From positions 416,001 to 480,000 of the forward strand of contig CAWFJJ010000001.1 in the NCBI GenBank assembly GCA_963816185.1: DNA of 64,000 bases, written 5' to 3'. The notes below the pieces were generated by a model that ran no database searches, was not told the origin of the DNA, and saw nothing but the letters and a program-made list of their open reading frames with translations. Position numbers and translations under genes: made by a program. The stretch is from Thermoanaerobaculia bacterium (GTDB taxonomy: Bacteria > Acidobacteriota > Thermoanaerobaculia > UBA5066). Shown here piece by piece: positions 44,044 through 53,688 of this stretch (within the stretch, counting starts at the first letter, position 1; each line of letters starts with the position of its first letter).

Positions 44044-45699
44044 ATGAACGGACTCCTGTCGCTCCTCATCTTCCTGCCGGTCGTCGGCACGCTCGTCGTG
44101 CTGTTCGTGCCGCGCGAGAAAAGCTCTGTCATCAAGTGGATCACGACGCTCTTCGCGGGCGCCGAGTTCGTGCTGTCGATCCCACTCTTCACCTTCGCGG
44201 GCTTTCGCAGGTCAGGCGACTTCTTCTTTCGCGAGACGCACGACTGGATCCCGTCTCTCGGCGCGAAGTATTCCCTCGGCGTGGACGGCATCGCGGCGCT
44301 TCTGATCCTCCTCACGACGCTCCTCTCCTTCATCTCGGTCTACGCGTCTTTCACGGCGATCACGAAGCGCGAGAAGGAGTACTACGCGTTCCTCCTCCTC
44401 CTCGAGACGGGGATGGTGGGCGTGTTCTGCGCGCTCGACTTCTTCCTCTTCTACGTGTTCTGGGAAGTGATGCTCGTGCCGATGTACTTCCTCATCGGCA
44501 TCTGGGGAGGCCCGCGCAAGCTCTACGCCGCGATCAAGTTCTTCCTGTACACGCTCGCGGGCTCGGTCGTCATGCTGCTCGCGATCATCGCGCTCTATTT
44601 CTTCAACACGTCCGGCTTCCTGTGGTGGAAGGGCCTCGGGAACCTGCCCACGTTCGACATCGTCCACTTCCAGACGATCGCCTCGTCGATTCCGCCGGAC
44701 CTGCAGCTCTGGCTCTTCTGGGCCTTTTTCATCGGCTTCGCAATCAAGGTGCCGATGTTCCCGTTCCACACCTGGCTGCCGGACGCGCACGTCGAGGCGC
44801 CGACGGCGGGCTCGGTCATCCTCGCGGGCGTCCTCCTGAAGATGGGAACGTACGGGTTCCTCCGCTTCTCCCTGCCGCTCTGCCCCGACGCCCTCTTCTC
44901 GAAGGCGCGCTTCCTCGGGCTCACGACCGTGGGCTGGGTCGCGGCTCTGTCGATCGTGGGCATCGTGTACGGCTCGATGGTCGCGATGGTCCAGAAGGAC
45001 ATGAAGAAGCTCGTCGCGTACTCGTCGGTCGCGCACCTCGGCTTCGTCATGCTCGGCCTCTTCGCGCTGAACAACGCCGGCATCCAGGGCGGGATCCTGC
45101 AGTCCATCAACCACGGGCTCTCGACGGGCGGGCTCTTCCTTCTCGTCGGGATCGTGTACGAGCGGACCCACACGCGCATGATCGCGGACTACGGCGGCCT
45201 CTCCGGCGTCATGCCCGTGTACGCGATGCTCTTCATGATCATCCTCCTCGCGTCGATCGGGCTTCCTCTGCTGAACGGATTCGTCGGCGAGTTCACGATC
45301 CTCACGGGAGCCTTCCTCGCGGACTGGCGGTGGGCCGCGTGGGCGAGTCTCGGGGTCATCCTCGGGGCCGCTTACATGCTGTGGCTCTACCAGCGCGTGT
45401 TCTTCGGGGAAATGACGCAGGAGAAGAACAAGGGGCTGAAGGACGTGAACCTCCGCGAGATCCTCACGCTCGCGCCGCTCATCGCCATGTGCCTCTGGAT
45501 CGGCGTCTATCCGAAGCCGTTCTTCGAGATGACGGCAAAGTCGGCCGAGAAGATCGTGGCGACCGTTTCGGCGCCGGGTCTGCGCCAGGCGGCCCGCGAG
45601 GCCGCGCCGCGCCTCGCAGGCGCGACTCCGACGGGTGCTCCCGCCGCCGGCGCGGCTGCCGCCGCAGCCGCGCCGGCAGCCGTCGCAGAGGTCAAGTAG
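44044..45699 (+). CDS. nuoM: NADH-quinone oxidoreductase subunit M
   Basis: GVDG, FWEVMLVPMY, HTWLPDAHVEAPT and KKLVAYSS motifs. Confidence 0.96.
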   Translation: MNGLLSLLIFLPVVGTLVVLFVPREKSSVIKWITTLFAGAEFVLSIPLFTFAGFRRSGDFFFRETHDWIPSLGAKYSLGVDGIAALLILLTTLLSFISVYASFTAITKREKEYYAFLLLLETGMVGVFCALDFFLFYVFWEVMLVPMYFLIGIWGGPRKLYAAIKFFLYTLAGSVVMLLAIIALYFFNTSGFLWWKGLGNLPTFDIVHFQTIASSIPPDLQLWLFWAFFIGFAIKVPMFPFHTWLPDAHVEAPTAGSVILAGVLLKMGTYGFLRFSLPLCPDALFSKARFLGLTTVGWVAALSIVGIVYGSMVAMVQKDMKKLVAYSSVAHLGFVMLGLFALNNAGIQGGILQSINHGLSTGGLFLLVGIVYERTHTRMIADYGGLSGVMPVYAMLFMIILLASIGLPLLNGFVGEFTILTGAFLADWRWAAWASLGVILGAAYMLWLYQRVFFGEMTQEKNKGLKDVNLREILTLAPLIAMCLWIGVYPKPFFEMTAKSAEKIVATVSAPGLRQAAREAAPRLAGATPTGAPAAGAAAAAAAPAAVAEVK

Positions 45700-45702
45700 G
45701 CC

Positions 45703-47166
45703 GTGCCTTTTCCCGCCGGCGACACGCTTCTCATCCTGCCGGAGCTGTTCCTGACGACGGCCGCCTCGGTCGTCCTCCTCTGGGCGACGTTCGTGAGCCG
45801 CGCGAAAGAGCGCGCCCTCGCCCTCTTCTCGGTCGGCGCCCTCGCCGCCACCGGCCTCCTGCTGTTCGTCTCCGCGCGGCTGGCCGGCGCGCTTCCGAGG
45901 GCCGCGTTCGGCGGCATGTTCGTGATGGACCGCTTCGGGCTGTACTTCAAGGGAATCCTCCTGCTCGTCGGGATCGTGACGATCCTGTTCTCGCTGCGGT
46001 TCGTCGGCGTGTCGCCCTACCCGGGCGGCGAGTACTACGGCCTCATCCTCTTTTCGACGGTCGGGATGCTCTTCATGGCCTCCGGAACGCATCTCGTCTC
46101 GATCGTGGTCGCGCTGGAGCTGATGGCGCTCTCGCAGTACGTCCTCGCGGGCTATTTCAAGCGCGAGACGAAGTCCCTCGAGGCGGCCGCGAAATACTTC
46201 GTGCTCGGAGCGTTCTCGTCGGGCGTCCTCATTTACGGGATCTCCCTCGTCTACGGCGCGGCGGGGACGCTCTCCCTCGCGGGGATCGCGACGGCGTTCA
46301 CGGCGGCGAAGCCGCCGGCGTTCCTCGTCATCGGGATCATCCTCGTCGGCTGCGGCATGTTCTTCAAGATCGCGTCGGCGCCCTTCCACGTGTGGGCCCC
46401 GGATGTGTACGAGGGCGCGCCCACGCCGATCTCGGCGTTCTTCGCGGTCGGGCCGAAGCTCGCGGCCTACGCGATCTTCGCCCGCATTTTCTTCGTGGGA
46501 TTCGGTCCGCGTGCCGGCGACTGGTCGGCGATCATCGCGGCCTCGGCCGCCCTCACCATGGTCGTCGGGAACGTCGGCGCGCTCATGCAGACGAACGTGA
46601 AGAGGCTCCTCGGCTACTCGTCCATCGGACACGCCGGTTACGTGCTTCTCGGCCTGCTGGCGTACGGGGACGCGAGCGGCATCGGCCTCTGGTCGATCCT
46701 CGTGTACCTCCTCGCGTACGCGTTCATGAACCTCGGCGCCTTCGGCCTCGTGATCCTTCTCGAGTCGAAGGGCTATGCCGGGGAGAGCGTGGACGACTTC
46801 AACGGCCTGTCGAAGAAGAACCCGTGGGCGGCGGCCGCGATGCTCGTCTTCCTGCTCTCCCTCGCCGGGATCCCGCCCACGGCGGGCTTCGTGGGCAAGT
46901 ATTTCCTGTTCTCCGCCGCGATGAAGGCGGGCTGGTTCTGGCTGGCGCTCCTCGCCGTGCTCATGTCCGCCGTCTCGCTCTTCTACTATTTCCGGATCGC
47001 CCGCGCGATGTATCTCGTCGAGGGCGAGGGCACGCTCCACTGGCGCGAGGAGCCTGCCGTGTCCGCGGCAGTCGCGCTCTGCGCGGCGGGCACGCTCGCG
47101 ATGGGCATTCTCCCCGGACCGTTCGTTCAATTCGCCCGGACGTGTCTCCTGCCGTTCGGACCGTGA
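45703..47166 (+). CDS. nuoN: NADH-quinone oxidoreductase subunit N
   Basis: EAAAKYF, PFHVWAPDVYEGAPTP, KRLLGYSSI and SLAGIPPTAGF motifs. Confidence 0.96.
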   Translation: MPFPAGDTLLILPELFLTTAASVVLLWATFVSRAKERALALFSVGALAATGLLLFVSARLAGALPRAAFGGMFVMDRFGLYFKGILLLVGIVTILFSLRFVGVSPYPGGEYYGLILFSTVGMLFMASGTHLVSIVVALELMALSQYVLAGYFKRETKSLEAAAKYFVLGAFSSGVLIYGISLVYGAAGTLSLAGIATAFTAAKPPAFLVIGIILVGCGMFFKIASAPFHVWAPDVYEGAPTPISAFFAVGPKLAAYAIFARIFFVGFGPRAGDWSAIIAASAALTMVVGNVGALMQTNVKRLLGYSSIGHAGYVLLGLLAYGDASGIGLWSILVYLLAYAFMNLGAFGLVILLESKGYAGESVDDFNGLSKKNPWAAAAMLVFLLSLAGIPPTAGFVGKYFLFSAAMKAGWFWLALLAVLMSAVSLFYYFRIARAMYLVEGEGTLHWREEPAVSAAVALCAAGTLAMGILPGPFVQFARTCLLPFGP

Positions 47167-47411
47167 GCGACGAGCGGCCTCCCGACGGCCCGAACTCCCG
47201 GCGTTTCCTCGGCGACGTCCTGACGTTCGGCTGGGTGCTCCCGGCCGCGATCGCGGCGGGAGCGGGGCTCGGATACGTGGGAGACCGGGTGTTCGGGACC
47301 TTCCCGGTGCTGACGGCCGTCTTCGGCGTGCTCGGCTTCGCGGCAGGCCTCCGGCAGATCTATCGTGAGTCCGGGACGCTTGCCGGCGGCGGCAAGGGAC
47401 CTCGGGAGTGA
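47163..47411 (+). CDS. atpZ: AtpZ/AtpI-family F0F1 ATP synthase accessory protein
   Basis: Two TM helices with the G..G...D..FGT.P pattern. GTG start overlaps the nuoN stop. Confidence 0.8.
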   Translation: MSDERPPDGPNSRRFLGDVLTFGWVLPAAIAAGAGLGYVGDRVFGTFPVLTAVFGVLGFAAGLRQIYRESGTLAGGGKGPRE

Positions 47412-47827
47412 CGCAGGAAGAGGGGGCAGCCGCCTCCTGGCCGAACGCGGGCTTTTTTCGACTGGCGACGATTCTCGGTCTCCTCGCGGCCTCCGCGCTC
47501 GCGGCGCTCGGCAAGTTCAAAGAAGCTCTCGCCTTGACTCTCGGGGCGGGGGTGGCTATCGTTTCGGCGCTCTGGCTGTCGGATCTCGTCGGTCGCTTCA
47601 AGGCGCCCGCACCAGGTGCGCCAGCCCGATTCGACTGGAAATTCGGGCTCAAGGCCGTTCTTCGGTACGCTTTCGTCGGTCTCGTCCTTTGGGGAACCGT
47701 GCGAGCGCTGCCGGCCGACGTCCGGTGGGTTGTCGTGGGCCTCTCGACGGTGGTCGCCGCGGTGGTGATCGACGGGATCCGCGAGCTCCTGACCGGACGC
47801 CGGAGCGGGACGGGCGCGGCCCAGTGA
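47408..47827 (+). CDS. atpI: ATP synthase subunit I-like membrane protein
   Basis: About four TM helices with the LRY motif; lies between atpZ and atpB. Confidence 0.7.
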   Translation: MTQEEGAAASWPNAGFFRLATILGLLAASALAALGKFKEALALTLGAGVAIVSALWLSDLVGRFKAPAPGAPARFDWKFGLKAVLRYAFVGLVLWGTVRALPADVRWVVVGLSTVVAAVVIDGIRELLTGRRSGTGAAQ

Positions 47828-47840
47828 GGGCGGTCACGAC

Positions 47841-48635
47841 GTGCACCACGAGCATTCGATCTTCTTCGGGTTCTTCAACGCCCTTCTGACTCGCCTCTTC
47901 GGATCCGTCGAGAACGCGCCGTCCTGGTGGCGCGACGGGATCGCGCTCTCGGGCTTCCACGTCGCCGGGATCGCGCCGCGCGGAGAGCACGGCGAGCTGC
48001 TCGGCTGGATTCCGGACCACGTCGCCATGTCGATCGTCGTCTTCCTCTTCTGCGCGGTTTTCTTTTTCCTTGCGTCCCGGAGCTACCGCAAGGACGCTCC
48101 CGGCTCCGCTCAGAACGTTCTCGAGGTCTTCGTGGACTTTCTGCGCGACGTCATCAAGGAGAACATCCCGCATCACGGCGAGAAATACCTGCCGATCGCC
48201 GGCGCGTTCTTCTTTTTCATCTTCCTGTCCAGCTTCTGCGGGCTCTTTTTCTTCCTGCAGCCGCCGACGGCGAACCTGAACGTCACGTTCGCGCTCTCGA
48301 TCACCTGCTTCCTGTTCTTCAACGCCGCCGGGATCAAGGAGCACGGGCTCTTCGGCTATCTCAAGCACTTCCTCGGCCCGATGCTGGTTCTGGCGCCGCT
48401 CATGTTCCTGATCGAGATGATCGGCGTCTTCGCGCGCGCGCTTTCGCTCTCGATGCGTCTCTTCGGGAACATCTTCGGCGAGCACACGGCCACCAGCATC
48501 TTTTCGGGTCTCGTCCCGATCGTAGTGCCCTGGCCGATGATGGCCCTGAGCATCTTTACCGCGCTGCTGCAGGCATACGTGTTCACGCTTCTCACCACCG
48601 TCTATCTGGGCGGAGCCACCGCCCACGAGCATTGA
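47841..48635 (+). CDS. atpB: F0F1 ATP synthase subunit a
   Basis: QNVLE, PTANLN, SLSMRLFGN and LQAYVF motifs. Confidence 0.95.
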   Translation: MHHEHSIFFGFFNALLTRLFGSVENAPSWWRDGIALSGFHVAGIAPRGEHGELLGWIPDHVAMSIVVFLFCAVFFFLASRSYRKDAPGSAQNVLEVFVDFLRDVIKENIPHHGEKYLPIAGAFFFFIFLSSFCGLFFFLQPPTANLNVTFALSITCFLFFNAAGIKEHGLFGYLKHFLGPMLVLAPLMFLIEMIGVFARALSLSMRLFGNIFGEHTATSIFSGLVPIVVPWPMMALSIFTALLQAYVFTLLTTVYLGGATAHEH

Positions 48636-48680
48636 GTCCTCTGGGTCGACTGTTTTTCGATCACGAAAGGAGCCCCCGAA

Positions 48681-48998
48681 ATGTCCAAGAGAATCCTCCC
48701 GGCCTGCGCCCTCGCGGCTCTGGCCCTCCTCATCCCGAACCTCGCCTTCGCCCAGGAAGCCGTGAAGGCCGGCGGCGGCGCGGGTTGGGGCCACCTCTCG
48801 GCTGCGATCGCGATCGGCCTCGCGGCGTTCGGCGGCGCACTCTCCCAGGGCCGAACGGCGGTCGCCGCCTGCGAAGGCATCGCGCGGAATCCGGGCGCCG
48901 GCGGCTCCATCCGGGCCATGGCGTTTCTTGCCCTCGTTCTCATCGAGTCGCTCGTCATTTACGCCCTCGTCATCGCCTTCGTCATCAACGGCAAGTAA
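48681..48998 (+). CDS. atpE: F0F1 ATP synthase subunit c with N-terminal signal-like extension
   Basis: ARNP loop and LIESLVIY; AAGGAG SD upstream. Confidence 0.95.
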   Translation: MSKRILPACALAALALLIPNLAFAQEAVKAGGGAGWGHLSAAIAIGLAAFGGALSQGRTAVAACEGIARNPGAGGSIRAMAFLALVLIESLVIYALVIAFVINGK

Positions 48999-49026
48999 GT
49001 CCCTCTCCTCCAGAAACATATCTCTA

Positions 49027-49055
49027 GGCCCCGGCTTTTCCGGGGCCCTTTTTTT
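49027..49055 (+). terminator. Intrinsic terminator of the nuo-atp operon
   Basis: GGCCCCGG-CTTTT-CCGGGGCC followed by C and a T7 tract. Confidence 0.85.
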
Positions 49056-49116
49056 GTGTGGTCGAAGCCAAAATGGAGCGGTTTACGTATTGCATGGGGA
49101 GAAGCCGGAGCCCGAG

Positions 49117-49818
49117 ATGGCCGTTTCCGCACCCTCGAAGAACTCGTCCCCCTCGTCCTGGAACTTCAGGAGCGGTGAGCTTCCGTATGCGGACGCCCTG
49201 TACGGGTCCGCCCTCCGGCTGACGCGAAACCGGCAGGACGCCGAGGATCTCCTGCAGGAGACCTACCTCAAGGCGTTTGCGCACTACGACGGGTTCACCG
49301 AGGGAACAAATCTCAAGGCGTGGCTCTTTCGCATCCTCAAGAACGCCTTCATCAACGGCTACCGCCACACGAAGGTCGGCCCCAGGGAGGTCGATCTCAG
49401 CGCGAGCGGAGACGAGGCTCTCGATGCCGCCGGGTCGAAAGCCCGCGAGACCGAAGGCGGCTCCACTCCCGAGGAGAGCTTGCTGGCCGCTGCGCTGGAT
49501 CGGGGCGTTGCCGATGCGCTCGCGGCGCTTCCCGAGGACTTTCGGCTCGTCGTCGAGCTCGTCGATCTGCAGGATTTCACGTACCGCGAGGTGGCCGACA
49601 TCCTCGAGGTGCCGCTCGGCACGGTGATGTCCCGCCTTTATCGGGGTCGCCGCCTGCTCGAGTCGGCGCTCCTCGAATACGGCCGCCGCCGCCATTACTT
49701 CGGTCCGGACGAGCCCACGAGGACGCGGCTCGCGGCAGGAGGGCAGGCCGCACCCCGGGCCCGGGGCGGTCGGGATCCCGTCACTCTGTCGGAATACAGG
49801 CGGCGCCGCGAACGTTAG
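49117..49818 (+). CDS. ECF RNA polymerase sigma factor (SigH/SigR-like)
   Basis: [24 protein letters not shown] and [13 protein letters not shown] motifs. Start uncertain (TTG 49090 is an alternative). Confidence 0.9.
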   Translation: MAVSAPSKNSSPSSWNFRSGELPYADALYGSALRLTRNRQDAEDLLQETYLKAFAHYDGFTEGTNLKAWLFRILKNAFINGYRHTKVGPREVDLSASGDEALDAAGSKARETEGGSTPEESLLAAALDRGVADALAALPEDFRLVVELVDLQDFTYREVADILEVPLGTVMSRLYRGRRLLESALLEYGRRRHYFGPDEPTRTRLAAGGQAAPRARGGRDPVTLSEYRRRRER

Positions 49819-49829
49819 ACGGTCCGGGC

Positions 49830-50492
49830 GTGATGATGATGGACTGTCGGACGGCGAGCCTCCTGATCGAGGCTTACCATGACGACGAGCTGGAGCTCGT
49901 AGACGCGGCACACCTCCTCGCGCACTTCGAAGAGTGCCCGGCGTGCCGCGAGCGTTGCGAGGAGGCCGGAAAGCTCCGGGAGACGTTGAAGTCCTGCCGG
50001 CCCGTCGACCGGTGCCCGGAGGAGCTCGCCCGGCGCCTCGCCCGGCGGCTCGACGTGCGCGCGAAACGTCAGCGCGCGGTCCCGCGATCCGTCACGATCG
50101 TTCTCGCCGCCGGCTGCGGAATCGCCGTGGGATGGGGGGCGATGCGATTCCGGACGCCCGCGGCGCACGGCCTCGCGCTCGCGAACGCGGTCCAGCGGGT
50201 GGAGGGAGAGGTCGTGTGCCTGCGCTGCGCGATGGGCCGTGGCCTTCCCGGCTCGAGGCTCGATGGAACGCCTCATCGGCCGCTCCTTCTCACGTCGGAT
50301 GGAAGGCTCTTCCTCGTGAGCGCCCAGAGCCCGGCGAGGGGCCGCCTCGAGGCGGACGGTCCGCCGCGGCGTCACGTCTCCGTCATGGCCCGTCTCGACG
50401 ATTCGAGCGGCGTGGCCGAGGTCGTGGACGTGCTTCCCGACTCCGCTTCGGCGGCACCGGCCGGTTTCGTCACGTCGACCGTCGCGCGCTGA
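49830..50492 (+). CDS. Zinc-binding anti-sigma factor (ZAS/zf-HC2) with TM helix and C-terminal CxxC domain
   Basis: MDC...YHDDEL...HFEECPAC (HxxxCxxC), a hydrophobic segment, then GEVVCLRC. Confidence 0.82.
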   Translation: MMMMDCRTASLLIEAYHDDELELVDAAHLLAHFEECPACRERCEEAGKLRETLKSCRPVDRCPEELARRLARRLDVRAKRQRAVPRSVTIVLAAGCGIAVGWGAMRFRTPAAHGLALANAVQRVEGEVVCLRCAMGRGLPGSRLDGTPHRPLLLTSDGRLFLVSAQSPARGRLEADGPPRRHVSVMARLDDSSGVAEVVDVLPDSASAAPAGFVTSTVAR

Positions 50493-50496
50493 CTGC

Positions 50497-51009
50497 CTAC
50501 GCTCCCGGAGAGGCGAGCGGGCTCAGGCGCTTCTCGAAGAGGATCGACTCGCGCGTTCCCTCGCCGACCGCGACCGGAACGAGGCCCACGACGCGGAATC
50601 CGTAAAGCCAGAAGAGGTGCGGGCCGGCGGGGGACACGGCGAACGAGCGCGCGCGAAGGACCAGCCGCCGCCGCTCGCGGCACGCCTCGATGCCGCGGAA
50701 GAGCAGTTCTCGGCCGACTCCTCCGTTCCGCTCGGACGCAGCGACGATGAGCCAGTCGAAGCGCGCGGCATCCGGATCCGTGAGGTCCCGGGTGACGAGC
50801 AGGACTCCCACGAGACGCGCGTCGCGCTCGGCGGTCATGATGACGTCGTGCTCCGGGTCGAACGCGGCCGCATGCGCCGCCACATCGGCCCGGACGACCG
50901 CGCCGACGACCGGGTCGTACTCTTCCAAGACCACACGTTCGACGAAGGCCCGGGCGGCGTCGAGGCCGTCCGTCCCGCGACTCCGGTAAACGACGTCCGG
51001 CACGCTCAC
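50497..51009 (-). CDS. GNAT family N-acetyltransferase
   Basis: ERNGGVGRELL (R/QxxGxG motif) and A..L...YGF. Confidence 0.75.
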   Translation of the reverse strand: MSVPDVVYRSRGTDGLDAARAFVERVVLEEYDPVVGAVVRADVAAHAAAFDPEHDVIMTAERDARLVGVLLVTRDLTDPDAARFDWLIVAASERNGGVGRELLFRGIEACRERRRLVLRARSFAVSPAGPHLFWLYGFRVVGLVPVAVGEGTRESILFEKRLSPLASPGA

Positions 51010-53099
51010 ATCCTGCCGGGCACCGGCACGCCGAGGACGCCGAGAATGTCGGCGAGATGGATGGAGACGACCTGGAGCGCGGCCCGCCGCGCCCGGCGCG
51101 TCGTCTCGTCCTTCTCCTGCGCGATCGGATGCGTGTGGTACAGGTGATGAAAGCCCGCCGCGACCGAGAGCGCGTGCCGGACGAGGAGTGACACCTCGAG
51201 CGACTCGGCCACCTTCTCGAGGGTGTCGAGCGTGCGGGAGCAGGTCCTCACGACGTCCCAGAGCCCGTCGTCGAGCGCCGACGCGGGAAGGGCCTCGAGG
51301 CCGTCGATCTCCTCCGCGTCGAGGCGGCCCTTGAGGCCGGTCTCTTCGAGCTTGCGAAAGATGTTCGCGGCCCGCACGGCGGCGTACTGGAGGTAGGGCC
51401 CCGTGTCGCCCTCGAAGGCGAGCGCCTCGTCGAGATCGAACGCGATGACCTTGTTCCGCGAAAATCGGGTCATGTAGACGCGCAACGCACCGACCGCGAT
51501 CGCCTCGGCCCGGCCGGCCTCGGGACGCTCGCTCGCGCGCGCCAAGATCTGCTCGCTCGCTTTTTCGACGAGCTGGTCGAGGAGGTCGTCGGCTTTCACG
51601 CCGAGGCCGCGGCGGCCCGACATCTCGACGAAGGGGCGCGCGCGATCCTCGTCCGTCAGCTCGACGCCGAGCGTCTCCGCGGACGCCGGCGTCAACGCGA
51701 CCATCTCATATGCGAAGTGGACGGACCGATCGGCGGCTCCGGGGTAGCCGGCGCGCCGGACCGCCTCGCGGACGACCTTCTGCGGATAGGACTGGCGGAC
51801 GTCGATGACGTTGATGACGTCCGTGCCGTGGCCGAAGCGTCCGCGGGCCGAGAGGTCGGCTCCCGATTCGTCGCGCCGGGTCCGGTAGAGCGGAGAGACG
51901 CCGTCGGAGGCGTGAAACTCCGGCGAGCCGTCGACGTCGCGATACGGGACCTCCTCGTACTCGAAGTCGATCCCGAGGACGCCGAGCTTCCAGAGCTGGT
52001 AGGCGACGTCCTTTCCGGTGTACGTGACCGTTCCGTTCGAGCGCACGAGGATCTTGTCGGCGTCCTCCATCCCCTCGAACTCCGGCGCGCCCTCGAGCGG
52101 CATGACCCAGCAGCCTGCGTTCTTGCCTTCCGTCTCGAGACGGGCGGCGCCGGCTTCTTGCAGGAGCTCGAAGGCCTTCACCCAGAAGCGGCGCGCGAGG
52201 ATGTCGCTCTCGCGGGGTAGAAGGTCGTAGCTCACGCCTACGCGCTCCATCGTGAGGAGGTGGCAGCGCACGACGGCGTCTGCGAGACGGCCCGCGAGCG
52301 CTGCCGTCGCGGCCGCGTCTTCGTCGAGGGTCTCGCCCAAGGCGGCGCCCTCGATGGCGTGAAGCGTCGCACGCCGCTTCTCCTCGAGGGAGGGATCGGC
52401 CGAGTAGCTTCTGACCGCGAGCGCGTAGAGGTCCCACGCGAGGTCGCCCAGCCGGCGCGGCGCAACGCCCGGCGCGTGGCCGGGGAAGGCGTCCAGAATC
52501 TCGTGGATCTCCTCACCGAGGCGCTTCGCGCGGGAGTTCTCGACGAGGTCCTCGGCGTTCTGGAGCGCGACGACGACGTCGGCGACCTGGACGCCCGTGT
52601 CGTCGAGATAGTTCTGGACCTCGACCCGCCGCCCGAGCCGCTTGAACGTGTTCACGAGGACGTCGCCGAGAACGGCGTTCCTCAGGTGGCCGATGTGCGC
52701 GGCCTTGTTCGGATTGATGTTCGTGTGTTCCACGATGAGCTTGCCGGGCGCTTCTTTTCCGGCCGGAGCAGGCGCTCCGTGCACGAAGGGGTGCCCGTCC
52801 TCGAGCATCGCCTTCAGGACCTTCGGGCGGTCGACGAAGAAGTTGAGGTAGCCGCCGCCTTCGACCGACCGCCTGACGACGAGAGCCGGCAGCGTGAGGG
52901 CGGGAGCCAGCGCCTCGGCGATCTTCCGGGGCGGCCTCTTCAGGATCTTCGCGAGCTCGAACGCCACCGGGCAGGCGAGATCCCCCAGCTCGACCTTCGG
53001 GGGCGTTTCGAGGACGATGCGCGGCGCTTCCACGCCGAGGACGCTCCGGCAGGCCTCCGAAACGGCGCTCTCGATCTCGCGCTTGAGGCCGGGAATCAC
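51006..53099 (-). CDS. argS: Arginine--tRNA ligase
   Basis: EHTNINPNKAAHIGHLRN (HIGH), MSGRRG, FEGDTGPYLQYA and C-terminal Met. Start uncertain (53099 or 53141). Confidence 0.95.
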   Translation of the reverse strand: MIPGLKREIESAVSEACRSVLGVEAPRIVLETPPKVELGDLACPVAFELAKILKRPPRKIAEALAPALTLPALVVRRSVEGGGYLNFFVDRPKVLKAMLEDGHPFVHGAPAPAGKEAPGKLIVEHTNINPNKAAHIGHLRNAVLGDVLVNTFKRLGRRVEVQNYLDDTGVQVADVVVALQNAEDLVENSRAKRLGEEIHEILDAFPGHAPGVAPRRLGDLAWDLYALAVRSYSADPSLEEKRRATLHAIEGAALGETLDEDAAATAALAGRLADAVVRCHLLTMERVGVSYDLLPRESDILARRFWVKAFELLQEAGAARLETEGKNAGCWVMPLEGAPEFEGMEDADKILVRSNGTVTYTGKDVAYQLWKLGVLGIDFEYEEVPYRDVDGSPEFHASDGVSPLYRTRRDESGADLSARGRFGHGTDVINVIDVRQSYPQKVVREAVRRAGYPGAADRSVHFAYEMVALTPASAETLGVELTDEDRARPFVEMSGRRGLGVKADDLLDQLVEKASEQILARASERPEAGRAEAIAVGALRVYMTRFSRNKVIAFDLDEALAFEGDTGPYLQYAAVRAANIFRKLEETGLKGRLDAEEIDGLEALPASALDDGLWDVVRTCSRTLDTLEKVAESLEVSLLVRHALSVAAGFHHLYHTHPIAQEKDETTRRARRAALQVVSIHLADILGVLGVPVPGRM

Positions 53100-53179
53100 G
53101 CGGCGGCGCCCCTCTCGGCGGCTTGAATTCTCGTCGCGCACATGGCGGCGCGGATTCTCGCACGTCGTAAGATTCTCCC

Positions 53180-53644
53180 GTGCCCGAAGACGCTTCGGTC
53201 GTGCGACAGGCTCTCGTCAACGTCCCTCCCGAGCGCGCGTTCTCCGCCTTCGTGAACGTGTCCGACGTGCTCTCGTGGCTCGCGGACGGCGCCGTGATCG
53301 GAGCCAGACCGGGCGGAAACTGGGCTCTGGGCTGGTATGCCGATCCGGATTCCGACGCGGGCTACAGCTCGATCGGCCAGTTCGAGGTCTTCGACCCGGG
53401 CCACCGTTTCGTGGTCTCGAATCTCGTGTTCTCGACGCCCGAGGGAGAGTCGTTCGGCGGGATGCGCCTCGTCGTGGAGTTCGAAAGGACTCCTGAAGGC
53501 ACGCGCATCACGGTCACACAGTCGGGCTTCGAGGGGACCGCGGCGTGGAGCGCTTACCGCGACCGGCTCGGTCCGGGCTGGGAGCGCATGCTCGCGGATC
53601 TGAGAGGCTGGCTGGAAGAGGGCAGGAAGCTTCCCGGGCGTTAG
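53180..53644 (+). CDS. SRPBCC/AHSA1-like protein
   Basis: PPERAFSAF, RPGG, EGTRITVTQSG and GWERML motifs. Confidence 0.8.
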   Translation: MPEDASVVRQALVNVPPERAFSAFVNVSDVLSWLADGAVIGARPGGNWALGWYADPDSDAGYSSIGQFEVFDPGHRFVVSNLVFSTPEGESFGGMRLVVEFERTPEGTRITVTQSGFEGTAAWSAYRDRLGPGWERMLADLRGWLEEGRKLPGR

Positions 53645-53688
53645 GAGGCTAAGATCGCGTTTTTCCACCCTCACGAAGGGAGCTTTCC

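Noticed and set aside
44136-47652. Very long alternative ORFs (1091 aa on +, 1146 aa on -) overlapping nuoM/nuoN, and many similar shadow ORFs across the window
   Set aside because: These Arg/Pro/Gly-rich off-frame or antisense readings are expected in GC-rich DNA. They have no motifs and overlap clearly identified genes. Only the last 82 codons of the + ORF (atpZ) are real.
49064-49090. Autoregulatory ECF promoter (GAAGCC-16 nt-CGTAT) before the sigma gene
   Set aside because: The match to ECF consensus is too weak to call without knowing the ECF group.
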